From the NCBI GenBank assembly GCA_019894975.1, contig JAGXNO010000032.1:1-45162 (forward strand): a stretch of 45,162 bases of DNA. The letters run 5' to 3'. The notes below the pieces were generated by a model. That model searched no databases, was not told the origin of the DNA, and saw only the letters and a list, made by a program, of their open reading frames with translations. Origin of the DNA: Promethearchaeota archaeon (GTDB taxonomy: Archaea > Asgardarchaeota > Lokiarchaeia > Sigyniarchaeales > SOKP01). Below, piece by piece: positions 9,961 to 18,656 of this stretch. Position 1 is the first letter of the stretch. Each line of letters starts with the position of its first letter. A program made the translations under genes and the position numbers.

Positions 9961-10818
9961 TTAGTTATTTTTTATTATCATCCCACATTGTAAACAAAAA
10001 GCTGTCTTCTTAGGAATTCTAATACCACAGAAGTTACAGAAAGAAGGTTTTAACTTGGGTTTTCTCCTTTCTATTTCAGCAATTGGTGGTATTGGGGTCA
10101 AGATTTCAGTACTAACCAATGCAAGTTCTTCTTTGTTTGCTTTTAAAACGGGATGTATAAATTGTGGTTTTGGGAGAGAGATAGTTTCAGGCTTTTCTTT
10201 TCTAATTTCTGAAACGGGGTGTGTAAGTTCTTGTTCTGGAGGAGAGATAATTTCGGGCTTTTCTTTTCTAAATACTGATTCTAAAGGTTCTGATACTATT
10301 TCTTCAACCTTTATACCACATGTAAAACAAAATTTTGCTCCTGTAAGCAATTCCTCCCCACATTTAGGACAACTACTAATTGGTTTCTTCTCCTCTTTCT
10401 CTTCAATTGAAGTGATAATTTGCTTCTCTTCAATTTTTTTACCACACGTAAAACAGAATTTAGCCCCCTGCAGGTATTCCTCCCCACATTCGAGACAATT
10501 TCTAATTGGGCTCTCTTCTTTTTGTTCTTGGTGAACGAGTGATATTTGCTGCTCTTCAAATTTTTTCCCACAAATACCACAAAATTTTGCTCCTTCGGAA
10601 AAATTGGTTCCACATTGAGGACATTTGCTCCCTAACTCAGAAGGTTTCTTAGTATGCAATAATTCTGAGATTGGAGGAAACATTTTTTCATGAGAGTTAT
10701 CTCTAGGTCTTAATTTTTGCTGCGGTTCGCCAAAGAATCTGTATCCACATGTAAAACATAAATTATATCCCGGAGATCTTTTAACTCCACATTTTGGGCA
10801 GCGATCTTTTTTTGGCAT
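9961..10818 (-). CDS. Multi zinc-ribbon (double zinc ribbon-type) repeat protein
   Basis: Five CxxC-x10-CxxCG units separated by Glu/Lys/Pro linkers. Probable ATG at 10818 (MPKKDRCPKCG). Confidence 0.85.
   Translation of the reverse strand: MPKKDRCPKCGVKRSPGYNLCFTCGYRFFGEPQQKLRPRDNSHEKMFPPISELLHTKKPSELGSKCPQCGTNFSEGAKFCGICGKKFEEQQISLVHQEQKEESPIRNCLECGEEYLQGAKFCFTCGKKIEEKQIITSIEEKEEKKPISSCPKCGEELLTGAKFCFTCGIKVEEIVSEPLESVFRKEKPEIISPPEQELTHPVSEIRKEKPETISLPKPQFIHPVLKANKEELALVSTEILTPIPPIAEIERRKPKLKPSFCNFCGIRIPKKTAFCLQCGMIIKNN
10146..10277. repeat. Imperfect 66-bp tandem duplication (22-aa repeat) inside the zinc-ribbon gene
   Basis: aaacgggatgtataaattg...ggcttttcttttctaatttctg versus aaacggggtgtgtaagttc...ggcttttcttttctaaatactg. 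Protein: RKEKPEIISPPEQELTHPV / RKEKPETISLPKPQFIHPV. Confidence 0.8.
10300..10625. repeat. Three 126-bp (42-aa) zinc-ribbon repeats
   Basis: CPQCG...GAKFCGICG, CLECG...GAKFCFTCG and CPKCG...GAKFCFTCG recur at exact 42-aa spacing. Confidence 0.8.
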
Positions 10819-10936
10819 GGATGATCTACCTGAAGTTCTGCTTGTAAAGTATTTGAATCTCAAAAATTTTAAACTAATATACTTATAGATAATTTAACAT
10901 TTAAACATTCAGATGCTTTTATCTTTACACTACTGT

Positions 10937-11563
10937 TTACTTTCTTATTCCTAAGATAGCTCTATGATCAGTATTATCGATATAATTTTCTATTAGATTA
11001 AATGATTTAAAGACGGTTTCAATTTCCTTCAATGAGAAAAAATGATGTAATAATCCTTTTTCTTTTCCTTTTTGAGGGAGGAAAGTGTTCCCTTCAATCC
11101 TTTTTAAGTTCCAATTATCATTTTTTATATTTTTTTTTAAATATGGGAAGTTAATATATATAAAGCCTCCTTTGTTTAAGACTCTTTCAATTTCTTTAAT
11201 GGTCTTTAATATGTTTTCCATTAAATTATGATGTATTACTTGAATGGAAATGATTGCATCAAAAAAGTTATCCTTATAAGGGAAACTATGCTCAATTCTG
11301 CAACAATTAGTTTCTACACTTATTCCTTCTTCAGATAACCATTTTTGTGCTATTTCAATACCTCTTGGGGATGCATCAATTCCAAATATTTCAAATCCTT
11401 TTTTGGAAAAGAAAAGTAGATGACGACCTGTCCCACATCCAAGATCTAAAATTTTTTGAACATTATTTTTCTTGAATAATTTTACAAGTCTTTCCATATC
11501 TGCATGAGGTTCTAAAAATACTTTACCCCTTTCAGTGAAAATCTCATTCCAGTCTGGCATCAA
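10937..11563 (-). CDS. Class I SAM-dependent methyltransferase
   Basis: ILDLGCGTGRH, FGIDAS, FPYKDNFFDAII, RVLNKGG. Confidence 0.9.
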   Translation of the reverse strand: MMPDWNEIFTERGKVFLEPHADMERLVKLFKKNNVQKILDLGCGTGRHLLFFSKKGFEIFGIDASPRGIEIAQKWLSEEGISVETNCCRIEHSFPYKDNFFDAIISIQVIHHNLMENILKTIKEIERVLNKGGFIYINFPYLKKNIKNDNWNLKRIEGNTFLPQKGKEKGLLHHFFSLKEIETVFKSFNLIENYIDNTDHRAILGIRK

Positions 11564-11587
11564 ATTTTAAAGAATTAATTTTATCGA

Positions 11588-12544
11588 TTAATGATCACAT
11601 TCCCAGAAATAATGACCATATTTCTCTTTAAATGCTTCTGCTACTTCATTTACTTGAGGTCGAATAAACTCATATCCGTCTTTTAAAGTTTCATAAGTAA
11701 CAGGTAAATGTCCTAACATTTCACCGTCCACTTGACATAAGTACGAATCATCTTCAGGATTTAACATTTCAATTCGAACTTTCTTACTTTGATATTCATA
11801 AACATCCGAATGGGGTGATAAAGAGCCACTGTACATTCTTTTAAATTGAAATAATAATTTGAGTTTTTTAATATTTGCGATGCTGATATCAAACAAACCA
11901 TCATCAACTTTAGCTTTTTGACAAATATACATTCCACCGCCATAAGAACCTCCATTGCCTACTGCAACTAGATTCGCGTGTCCTTCATATGTTTCATTAT
12001 CCATTATAACTTTAACTTCTTTACTTTTCCATGCAAACAGTGCTTTAATGACCATAGCATTATAATTTTTTTCTTTATTTTCATTTACTCTTCTTGCAAC
12101 CTCAGCATCAAACCCTTGACTTCCTACACCAAGAAAATATCGCTTAATTCCATCGTCTTTGAGTGCTAATCCAACGTCAGATTTACCAGTATAATCCTCA
12201 GCAATTATTTCACATGCTCTTTTAATATCGGGTATAATTCCGATTGCTGCGGGAATATCATTCCCAGAACCCATAGGAATAAAACCACATAATACTCCCG
12301 TATTCGAGCTAATGACTCCATGAAGAACTTCATTACATGTTCCATCGCCTCCTGCTCCAATAACGCGATATCCATCTTTTGCTAACTGAGTGGCTAATTC
12401 TATAGCGTGTCCTGCATAATCTGTATCAAATAATTTATAAGATACGTTTAAATTATCTAGATATTCACTTGCAAATTCAATAGGTCTTTTACCTTTTTGC
12501 GGCTTTCCAGCAAGCGGATTACAAATAATAGCATAATCTTTCAT
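11588..12544 (-). CDS. Diacylglycerol kinase family (YegS/DgkB-like) lipid kinase
   Basis: IICNPLAG, GGDGT.NEV, PMGSGND, GFDA, GGGM, DDGLFD, QVDGE. Start placed at ATG 12544 with upstream GAAGTGA. Confidence 0.9.
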   Translation of the reverse strand: MKDYAIICNPLAGKPQKGKRPIEFASEYLDNLNVSYKLFDTDYAGHAIELATQLAKDGYRVIGAGGDGTCNEVLHGVISSNTGVLCGFIPMGSGNDIPAAIGIIPDIKRACEIIAEDYTGKSDVGLALKDDGIKRYFLGVGSQGFDAEVARRVNENKEKNYNAMVIKALFAWKSKEVKVIMDNETYEGHANLVAVGNGGSYGGGMYICQKAKVDDGLFDISIANIKKLKLLFQFKRMYSGSLSPHSDVYEYQSKKVRIEMLNPEDDSYLCQVDGEMLGHLPVTYETLKDGYEFIRPQVNEVAEAFKEKYGHYFWECDH

Positions 12545-12664
12545 TTTTATCACTTCGTATTTTAAATTATATAAATTTTCAAATAAATATAGTAACCCTT
12601 TAAATAACGAAATATATAAAACTATTCTCAAATAGACTCTAGTTTCATTTTTTAGAAAGAATAA

Positions 12665-13450
12665 CTATCTCCAATCCCAACCACATCTACCGCAATATTT
12701 ACTCTTTCCATAAATGCGGGGGTAATCCATTAATACTATACTCTTATCTGTAACCTCATGGATTGAACTTTCATCTCCACAACTAGGGCATCTTCTCCGT
12801 CCTGTAGGATTTTCAAGTACTACTACACCATTATTAAAGGATTCTATAGGATTATTGACTTCGGGGCCTTCTAATATCGTTGTGATAGTATCTGAGGAAG
12901 GCTTAGTTTGAATTGATGCTTCAGTTTGCTCTGAAATATAATCTTCATTTATCATTATTACATAACCTTTAACTATAGTGCTTATTTCCTCATTTTTGGG
13001 TAGTCTTCCATATTTTAAATAGAAATTTTCAAGAAATCCTTGAGCGTCCCCATAATCAATTGAATAACCTTTTAATTTGATTAATTCAATAATTTGATAG
13101 ATCACATCTTCTTTAGTTGGGAGGGTAACCTTTTTCTCCTTTACTTGTGTAGTTAAATGTAAATCTCTTTCTAATTTCATCCATATCTTTGCCACTTGCT
13201 CGTCTCTTAGCTTTCCTTTTACTTGAATATAAATTCTTCTTTTTGGCTCTTGTAGTATAGTTATCCTATTTTCTTTTTGCTTATCTTTATCTAATTTATC
13301 ATTAAAATAATTAATTCGGAGTAATGATTTCCCTAATCTTGTGGTATTGATGGAATAGTTTAAATCTTTTTGTAAAATATTTTCTAGCTTTTGTTGAATA
13401 CCCTGATAGTTCTGGCCATTCATATCAAATGATTGAGTTTTCTCAAGCAT
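12665..13450 (-). CDS. Hypothetical protein with C-terminal Zn ribbon (CPSC...CGRC)
   Basis: 261-aa ORF ending RRRCPSCGDESSIHEVTDKSIVLMDYPRIYGKSKYCGRCGWDWR. Confidence 0.75.
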   Translation of the reverse strand: MLEKTQSFDMNGQNYQGIQQKLENILQKDLNYSINTTRLGKSLLRINYFNDKLDKDKQKENRITILQEPKRRIYIQVKGKLRDEQVAKIWMKLERDLHLTTQVKEKKVTLPTKEDVIYQIIELIKLKGYSIDYGDAQGFLENFYLKYGRLPKNEEISTIVKGYVIMINEDYISEQTEASIQTKPSSDTITTILEGPEVNNPIESFNNGVVVLENPTGRRRCPSCGDESSIHEVTDKSIVLMDYPRIYGKSKYCGRCGWDWR

Positions 13451-13686
13451 TTAGAAGATCTTAACCCTTATCAAGTTTTATAATAAGATATAATGAATTA
13501 TTAAAATCAAGGAATTATTGTTTAAAATATTAATGCAAATTTCATTCAATGAAAATGAGTTTTATGTACAATAAATTTAGATAAATTCAAAGGGAATCCT
13601 TTTTTTTTGTCGATAGATACATGGACTATAGAAAATTTTAATTAGGATTTTAATTAATTAGTGCTTAAGACGACTATATTAAAACT

Positions 13687-14352
13687 ATGAAAAGAAAAAA
13701 TATTAAAGCACCAGTAAAACAAGAAAAAGAAGCTTCATTGAAGAGAAAGATAATTGTAACTGTAATTTTACTTGGTTTAGCTTTCTCTGGAGCCTTTCTA
13801 ATCTACTATATCATGCAAATTGCTTTAAATACCGATTCACCTATGGTAGTTGTTGTTTCAGGTTCCATGGAACCTAAATTACATAGGGGTGATTTATTAT
13901 TTTTGAAAGGGAAAGATGCTGAAAATATAAAGAATGGTACAATTGAAGGAAAGGAAGGAGATATTATTGTATTTGATGCGCGTGGATTATGGATAACTGC
14001 TCCAAGTGATCCAATTGTTCATCGTGTTGTCGATAAAAAATATGATAATGGTTGGTTTTTTTTAACAAAAGGAGATGCGAATACCAGTCCTGATGCTGAA
14101 TGGGTTCCTGAACCAAGAATTCTGGGTGTTGTTGTAGGTAGGATTCCATATATAGGGTGGGTAAAAATTGCTTTAACAGATTCAGGTTTATTAATTCCTC
14201 TCTTGGTCATCGTTTCCTTATTACTGGTTATCAGTATAGTCTGGGATTTATTTAATAAAGAAGAAGAAACAGACTCAGAGATTAAAAAGAAGATCTATAA
14301 TGAAGAAAATATCGAAAAAGAAATTGAACTTGATTACACGAACAATAATTAA
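13687..14352 (+). CDS. sec11: Signal peptidase I, archaeal/ER Sec11 type
   Basis: N-terminal TM, VVVSGSMEP (Ser), GDIIVF, PIVHRV (His), TKGDAN, IPYIGWVKI, C-terminal TM. Confidence 0.93.
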   Translation: MKRKNIKAPVKQEKEASLKRKIIVTVILLGLAFSGAFLIYYIMQIALNTDSPMVVVVSGSMEPKLHRGDLLFLKGKDAENIKNGTIEGKEGDIIVFDARGLWITAPSDPIVHRVVDKKYDNGWFFLTKGDANTSPDAEWVPEPRILGVVVGRIPYIGWVKIALTDSGLLIPLLVIVSLLLVISIVWDLFNKEEETDSEIKKKIYNEENIEKEIELDYTNNN

Positions 14353-14455
14353 ATAGATTATACTTATGATATATTAAGTAAATTAATATAATTCTACTAC
14401 TTTTTAATACAATATCAAACACAAATTATAAATTACTAAAAAAAGTGATTGGAAA

Positions 14456-14689
14456 ATGGGATGGACTCCACCAACCAAAATTACTGTTATTATAGCATTT
14501 CTTTTAATGGCATTTGGAGTATATATCATAATTGATTTAGTCTTTTTAAACGTCGATGGATTATTAATTGATACAGATTTTACCATAGGTGATTTTAGTT
14601 TATTGGAAACATGGATGCTAATTGCTGTAATTGTGATATTTCTCTCATGGTTTATATTCTTTTTAGGTGTAAAATTAGCAGGGATGTAA
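14456..14689 (+). CDS. Small two-TM membrane protein
   Basis: 77 aa with two hydrophobic helices, followed by a T-tract. Confidence 0.7.
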   Translation: MGWTPPTKITVIIAFLLMAFGVYIIIDLVFLNVDGLLIDTDFTIGDFSLLETWMLIAVIVIFLSWFIFFLGVKLAGM

Positions 14690-14822
14690 GTTTCATTACA
14701 CCCTAATTTTTTTTCTTTTTTTATATGACCTAATTTTCTGTAAGGATATGCAACAAATTATCAAAAATCTTTATTAAACGGACAATAAAGTTTAAAAAAT
14801 TTCCAAAATTTCAAGAAAATGT

Positions 14823-14874
14823 TAATACCGTAATTTTAGATTGAAATTACGAGAAAACACTAATACGTAATACG
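14823..14874 (+). promoter_or_regulatory. Inverted repeat CGTAATTT-N7-AAATTACG plus tandem TAATACG x2 upstream of alba
   Basis: Arms at 14829-14836 and 14844-14851; direct repeat at 14861-14874. TATA-like TTTATTAAA near 14770. Confidence 0.5.
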
Positions 14875-14942
14875 GAAACGCAAAAAAGCTATAAACAATA
14901 TAGAAATACAATTATAAAATAAAAACCAAAGAGGAAATTATT

Positions 14943-15221
14943 ATGGCAAAAGAAGAAAATGCTGTCTTTGTTGGTCGTCGTCCAACTATGAACTATGTGA
15001 TGGCCACTATGATGATCCTTAATAAAGGTGAAGAATGCACTGTCAAAGCCCGAGGTAGAGCTATTTCCCATGCTGTTGATGTATGTGAAATATTAAGAAA
15101 TAGATTCCTAAAGGGTACTGAATATAAGGACATCAAACTTAGCACTGAACAATTAGAAGGAGAAAATGGACAAAATAACAATGTTTCTAGCATTGAGATT
15201 ATACTGACACCACCAAAATAA
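14943..15221 (+). CDS. albA: DNA/RNA-binding chromatin protein Alba
   Basis: VFVGRRPTMNYV, VKARGRAISHAVDVCEILRNRF, NVSSIEIIL; GAGG SD. Confidence 0.96.
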   Translation: MAKEENAVFVGRRPTMNYVMATMMILNKGEECTVKARGRAISHAVDVCEILRNRFLKGTEYKDIKLSTEQLEGENGQNNNVSSIEIILTPPK

Positions 15222-15262
15222 AAGAGATTTACCTTTTCTCTTCGCTCAAACAAAATTACAAC

Positions 15263-15280
15263 CTTTACCTTTTTTTTTAT
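15263..15280 (+). terminator. Oligo-T archaeal terminator after alba
   Basis: ctttaccttttttttta about 45 nt after the stop. Confidence 0.5.
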
Positions 15281-15521
15281 ACTATTTATGTTTTCAAATT
15301 AAAGAAGACTTACAATTTCCATAGTTAAGTTCTAATCCTTTTTTATTTAGTTCTTCCTTAAAATCGTTTGAAAAAGTAGAATTTGAAATTGTTTTGCTAA
15401 AATTACAAAGATTTAATAATACAGTTGAAAAAATAATACTTAATACAAAAATTATTTTAATTCAATATTAAGCAGTATTCTAAACAAAGTTTTAAAAAAT
15501 TTAAAAAGAGGAAGAATTATT

Positions 15522-15710
15522 ATGGCAAAAACTGATCCGTTGTTTGTTAAATCAAAAGTAAGGGAATTTATTAAAGGGAAGGAATGCAATACAAGCAGTG
15601 GTGTCCTTGATGGAGATACTTTAAACAAAATCATCATGGACATGCTTGATAAAGGCGTTAAACGAGCAAAAGGAAATAATAGAAAGACCGTGAAGGCACG
15701 GGATCTATAA
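15522..15710 (+). CDS. Short histone-fold protein with truncated alpha3 (face-to-face / Bd0055-HTkC-like prokaryotic histone)
   Basis: LFVKSKVREFIK (alpha1), NTS loop, long alpha2 ending RAKGNN, RKTVKARD (histone RxTxxxxD), ending one residue later. GAGG SD and oligo-T terminator. Confidence 0.85.
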   Translation: MAKTDPLFVKSKVREFIKGKECNTSSGVLDGDTLNKIIMDMLDKGVKRAKGNNRKTVKARDL

Positions 15711-15726
15711 ACTTCGTTACTACCAA

Positions 15727-15741
15727 TTTTTTTTTATTTTT
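15727..15741 (+). terminator. Oligo-T terminator after the histone gene
   Basis: tttttttttattttt 17 nt after the stop. Confidence 0.55.
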
Positions 15742-15900
15742 CTAATTCTATATCTTTCATTTTTTGTTTAAAAAAATTGAATTTCATATACTATTAATAA
15801 AAAATTAAATATTTGTCCGAAAACTGTTAAATCTGTTGAGTCTAAATGATTTATTAATAACAATGATATATAATGAAAAACTAGCATCAAAATTATAAAT

Positions 15901-17037
15901 ATGTGTGCTGATAAAAGACAAGGTCCATTAAAAGAATGCGTGGAATTTATAGAAAAGCACAAACTGGAATATCTCAAAGAAGATAAACCTTATTCTTCAG
16001 ATCCAGAAGAAGAAACATTTGAAATTCAAGAAGATAAAATATTTGAAATCCCTAAATGCGATGACTTACATGTCAAGAATATTGGTTTTGTTGATGGGGG
16101 AAATGGACCCATTCTGAGAAGTGCAGATTTCAATATAAGCCTGAATCGTGTAGCAGGAGCATTATTCTCATCAAACCAATGGACTGAGCCTATTGATACA
16201 CCTGTCAAAATTGAGTTTTACAGCGCAACAGTTTTAGATCTTCTTGATGATGATTCATTAGCATATATTACTCGCTTTTTTCCAACAGAATCTCGATTCT
16301 CAGAGTATCTCCCTCATAATGAATTGAATTTTCCAATAAATGATCCCACTATTAGAGAAAAGGGATATCGATTACCGAATATTGACGTTTTTGGGGGAAT
16401 AGCTATGAGATTTGCTGAATGGACATATGCTAATAAATTTATTTCTACAGAATTGGATGAAGGAAGCATTTTTGTAAGAGATGGTTCACTCCAAACAGGA
16501 TATACTGGAGAGACTGAAATTGCTGAAAATCTATATAAAACTGCGATTAAAAAGGATGTTATAGTTACAGGACTCTCAAAAACATGTCGTTTAATAACAA
16601 AAACCGGTAATTCATTAAATTCACTCATTCATTATACCTCTAATAAAAAATTTCCAAATAATGCTTGGTATTACCATCCTATATATAGAATCACAAAAGC
16701 TCAAGAACAAGCTGATTTATATTTTGTAAAATTACAGAAGAATTCAAATTATTCTTTTCGATTTGATATATTATTAGATCAAGCAAAAAAAATTTCTAAA
16801 GACGAATGTGAAAAAATCATATCGAATATAGCTAATAATTCTAATGATCTTTCATATCCGGGATATCCTTATGGACTTATCAAGGTAGACCAACTTGCTG
16901 CTATTAGTGTTAAGGAACTTGAACCCCAGAAGATCCAATTAATAGCTGAATTTAATCAAGAGGATTATAATGAATTTATTTTACCGCGTCTTCGATCAGT
17001 AAATGCACATGATTTATTAAACGTAATAAGAAGATAA
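15901..17037 (+). CDS. nurA: DNA double-strand-break repair nuclease NurA
   Basis: GFVDGG, RFAEW, VRDGSL, GLSKT, GYPYGLIKVDQLA; directly upstream of herA-mre11-rad50. Confidence 0.88.
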   Translation: MCADKRQGPLKECVEFIEKHKLEYLKEDKPYSSDPEEETFEIQEDKIFEIPKCDDLHVKNIGFVDGGNGPILRSADFNISLNRVAGALFSSNQWTEPIDTPVKIEFYSATVLDLLDDDSLAYITRFFPTESRFSEYLPHNELNFPINDPTIREKGYRLPNIDVFGGIAMRFAEWTYANKFISTELDEGSIFVRDGSLQTGYTGETEIAENLYKTAIKKDVIVTGLSKTCRLITKTGNSLNSLIHYTSNKKFPNNAWYYHPIYRITKAQEQADLYFVKLQKNSNYSFRFDILLDQAKKISKDECEKIISNIANNSNDLSYPGYPYGLIKVDQLAAISVKELEPQKIQLIAEFNQEDYNEFILPRLRSVNAHDLLNVIRR

Positions 17038-17041
17038 TTTA

Positions 17042-18634
17042 ATGTTAATGGTGAAAAAATTGAGTGAATTAGGAAAAAAAATTGGTAGTTTTGTAACAGG
17101 CACATCTTTAGTAAAATTAATATTAAGACAGAAATCGGATCAAGAATTTGAATTAGGACAGCTTTTTATTGCTGGAAAAGATAATAAAAATTACAGCATT
17201 TATCAAATTAAAGACCTTTTCTTTGGAAGTCAAATTCCCGATAACGTACTCGAATTAATGGCAGGTTATGGACTAGAACGAGATAACAGTGACTTGAAAG
17301 TCTATGAACCAGAATTAAGAAATTATGTAATGGCCCTAGCAAGACCATTAATATATGTCAAAGAAAATGAATTATTCCTTCCTAAACGATTACCTAGTTT
17401 TTTTTCAGATATTTTCGATATTGACGACAATCATTTGGAATTTTTTAGGGAGAAAATAATCGAAAATCCTATAACCCTTGGAAAGATTCGTTCTGGATCT
17501 AAAGTTTTAAATACAGAAGTAAAACTGGAAGCAGATAAAGTATTAAGTCATCATGTTCTAATTCCCGCAACAACGGGAAGAGGAAAATCAAATTTAGTTA
17601 AGACAATCCTGTTTAATTTAATGGAAAATGATGAGTGTGGTAAGCTAGTATTTGATCCTCATAATGAATATTATGGGACTATTAGTCAGAAAGGGCTTAA
17701 AGATCATCCAAAGAGCATGGAGAATTTAAAATATTTTACAATAAGAGATATCCCTGGAAAATTAGATCTTAAATTCAACATAAAAAGTTTATATCCATCA
17801 CATGTAGTAGGAACTCTGAGTTTTAGTCCCCCTCAAAAAGATGCTTTATATACTTATTACAAGAAGTATAGAAGAGATTGGATAGAAAAACTATTTGATG
17901 AATTAACAAAAACCCCAGAGGGTATTCAAGATGTAACTATTTCGGTAATAAGAAGAAGATTAGCACTTTTATTAGATGTTGAGACAAATGAAGTAGGACA
18001 GATAATCAAGGAAAGAGGCATATTTACACTTAGTAGTCATGAGACTACAATTGACTCTATTATAAAATTCTTAATGGAAGGAAAAACAGTAATTATTGAT
18101 ACTTCATTATTTAGTAGCTCTGAAGAAATCTTTATGGCAACCATTATAGTTGATGGATTATTTAAAAAATATAAGAATTTAAAATATGAAGATAAATTAA
18201 TCGATAAACCAGTTATAACAATAGTTCTAGAGGAAGCTCCAAGAGTTATTGGTCAAAAAGTATTAGAAGCAGGGGAAAATGTTTTTGGAAAAATAGCACG
18301 TGAAGGAAGGAAATTTAAAATCGGATTAATCGCATTAACTCAATTGCCAAGTTTAATCCCACGAGAAATTCTAGCAAATATGAATACAAAAATTATCCTA
18401 GGGAATGAAATGGGCCCTGAAAGAGATATTCTAATAAAAAGTTCTGCCCAAGATCTTTCGGATGATAGTCAAGCAATAGCAAGTTTAGATATTGGTGAAG
18501 CTATTATTACATCGAATTTTACGAAGTTTGCAATCCCTATTAAGATTCCTTTATTTGATGATCTATTAACAGGCATAAAAAATGATCCGAAATCAGATAA
18601 AAAGATAAGAAAAGCATTTCCCGGTATAAATTAA
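17042..18634 (+). CDS. herA: HerA helicase/translocase ATPase
   Basis: N-terminal HAS-barrel-like region, HVLIPATTGRGKS (Walker A), VFDPHNEY, IVLEEAP (Walker B), IAREGRKF, TQLPS, LDIGEAII. Confidence 0.92.
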   Translation: MLMVKKLSELGKKIGSFVTGTSLVKLILRQKSDQEFELGQLFIAGKDNKNYSIYQIKDLFFGSQIPDNVLELMAGYGLERDNSDLKVYEPELRNYVMALARPLIYVKENELFLPKRLPSFFSDIFDIDDNHLEFFREKIIENPITLGKIRSGSKVLNTEVKLEADKVLSHHVLIPATTGRGKSNLVKTILFNLMENDECGKLVFDPHNEYYGTISQKGLKDHPKSMENLKYFTIRDIPGKLDLKFNIKSLYPSHVVGTLSFSPPQKDALYTYYKKYRRDWIEKLFDELTKTPEGIQDVTISVIRRRLALLLDVETNEVGQIIKERGIFTLSSHETTIDSIIKFLMEGKTVIIDTSLFSSSEEIFMATIIVDGLFKKYKNLKYEDKLIDKPVITIVLEEAPRVIGQKVLEAGENVFGKIAREGRKFKIGLIALTQLPSLIPREILANMNTKIILGNEMGPERDILIKSSAQDLSDDSQAIASLDIGEAIITSNFTKFAIPIKIPLFDDLLTGIKNDPKSDKKIRKAFPGIN

Positions 18635-18656
18635 TAAAAATTAATAAGGTTTGGAT

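Noticed and set aside
10146-10625. Periodic repeats considered as a CRISPR array or DGR template/variable repeats
   Set aside because: Periods are multiples of 3, degenerate and in-frame in a protein. There are no unique spacers, no adenine-specific mismatch pattern, and no cas or reverse transcriptase nearby.
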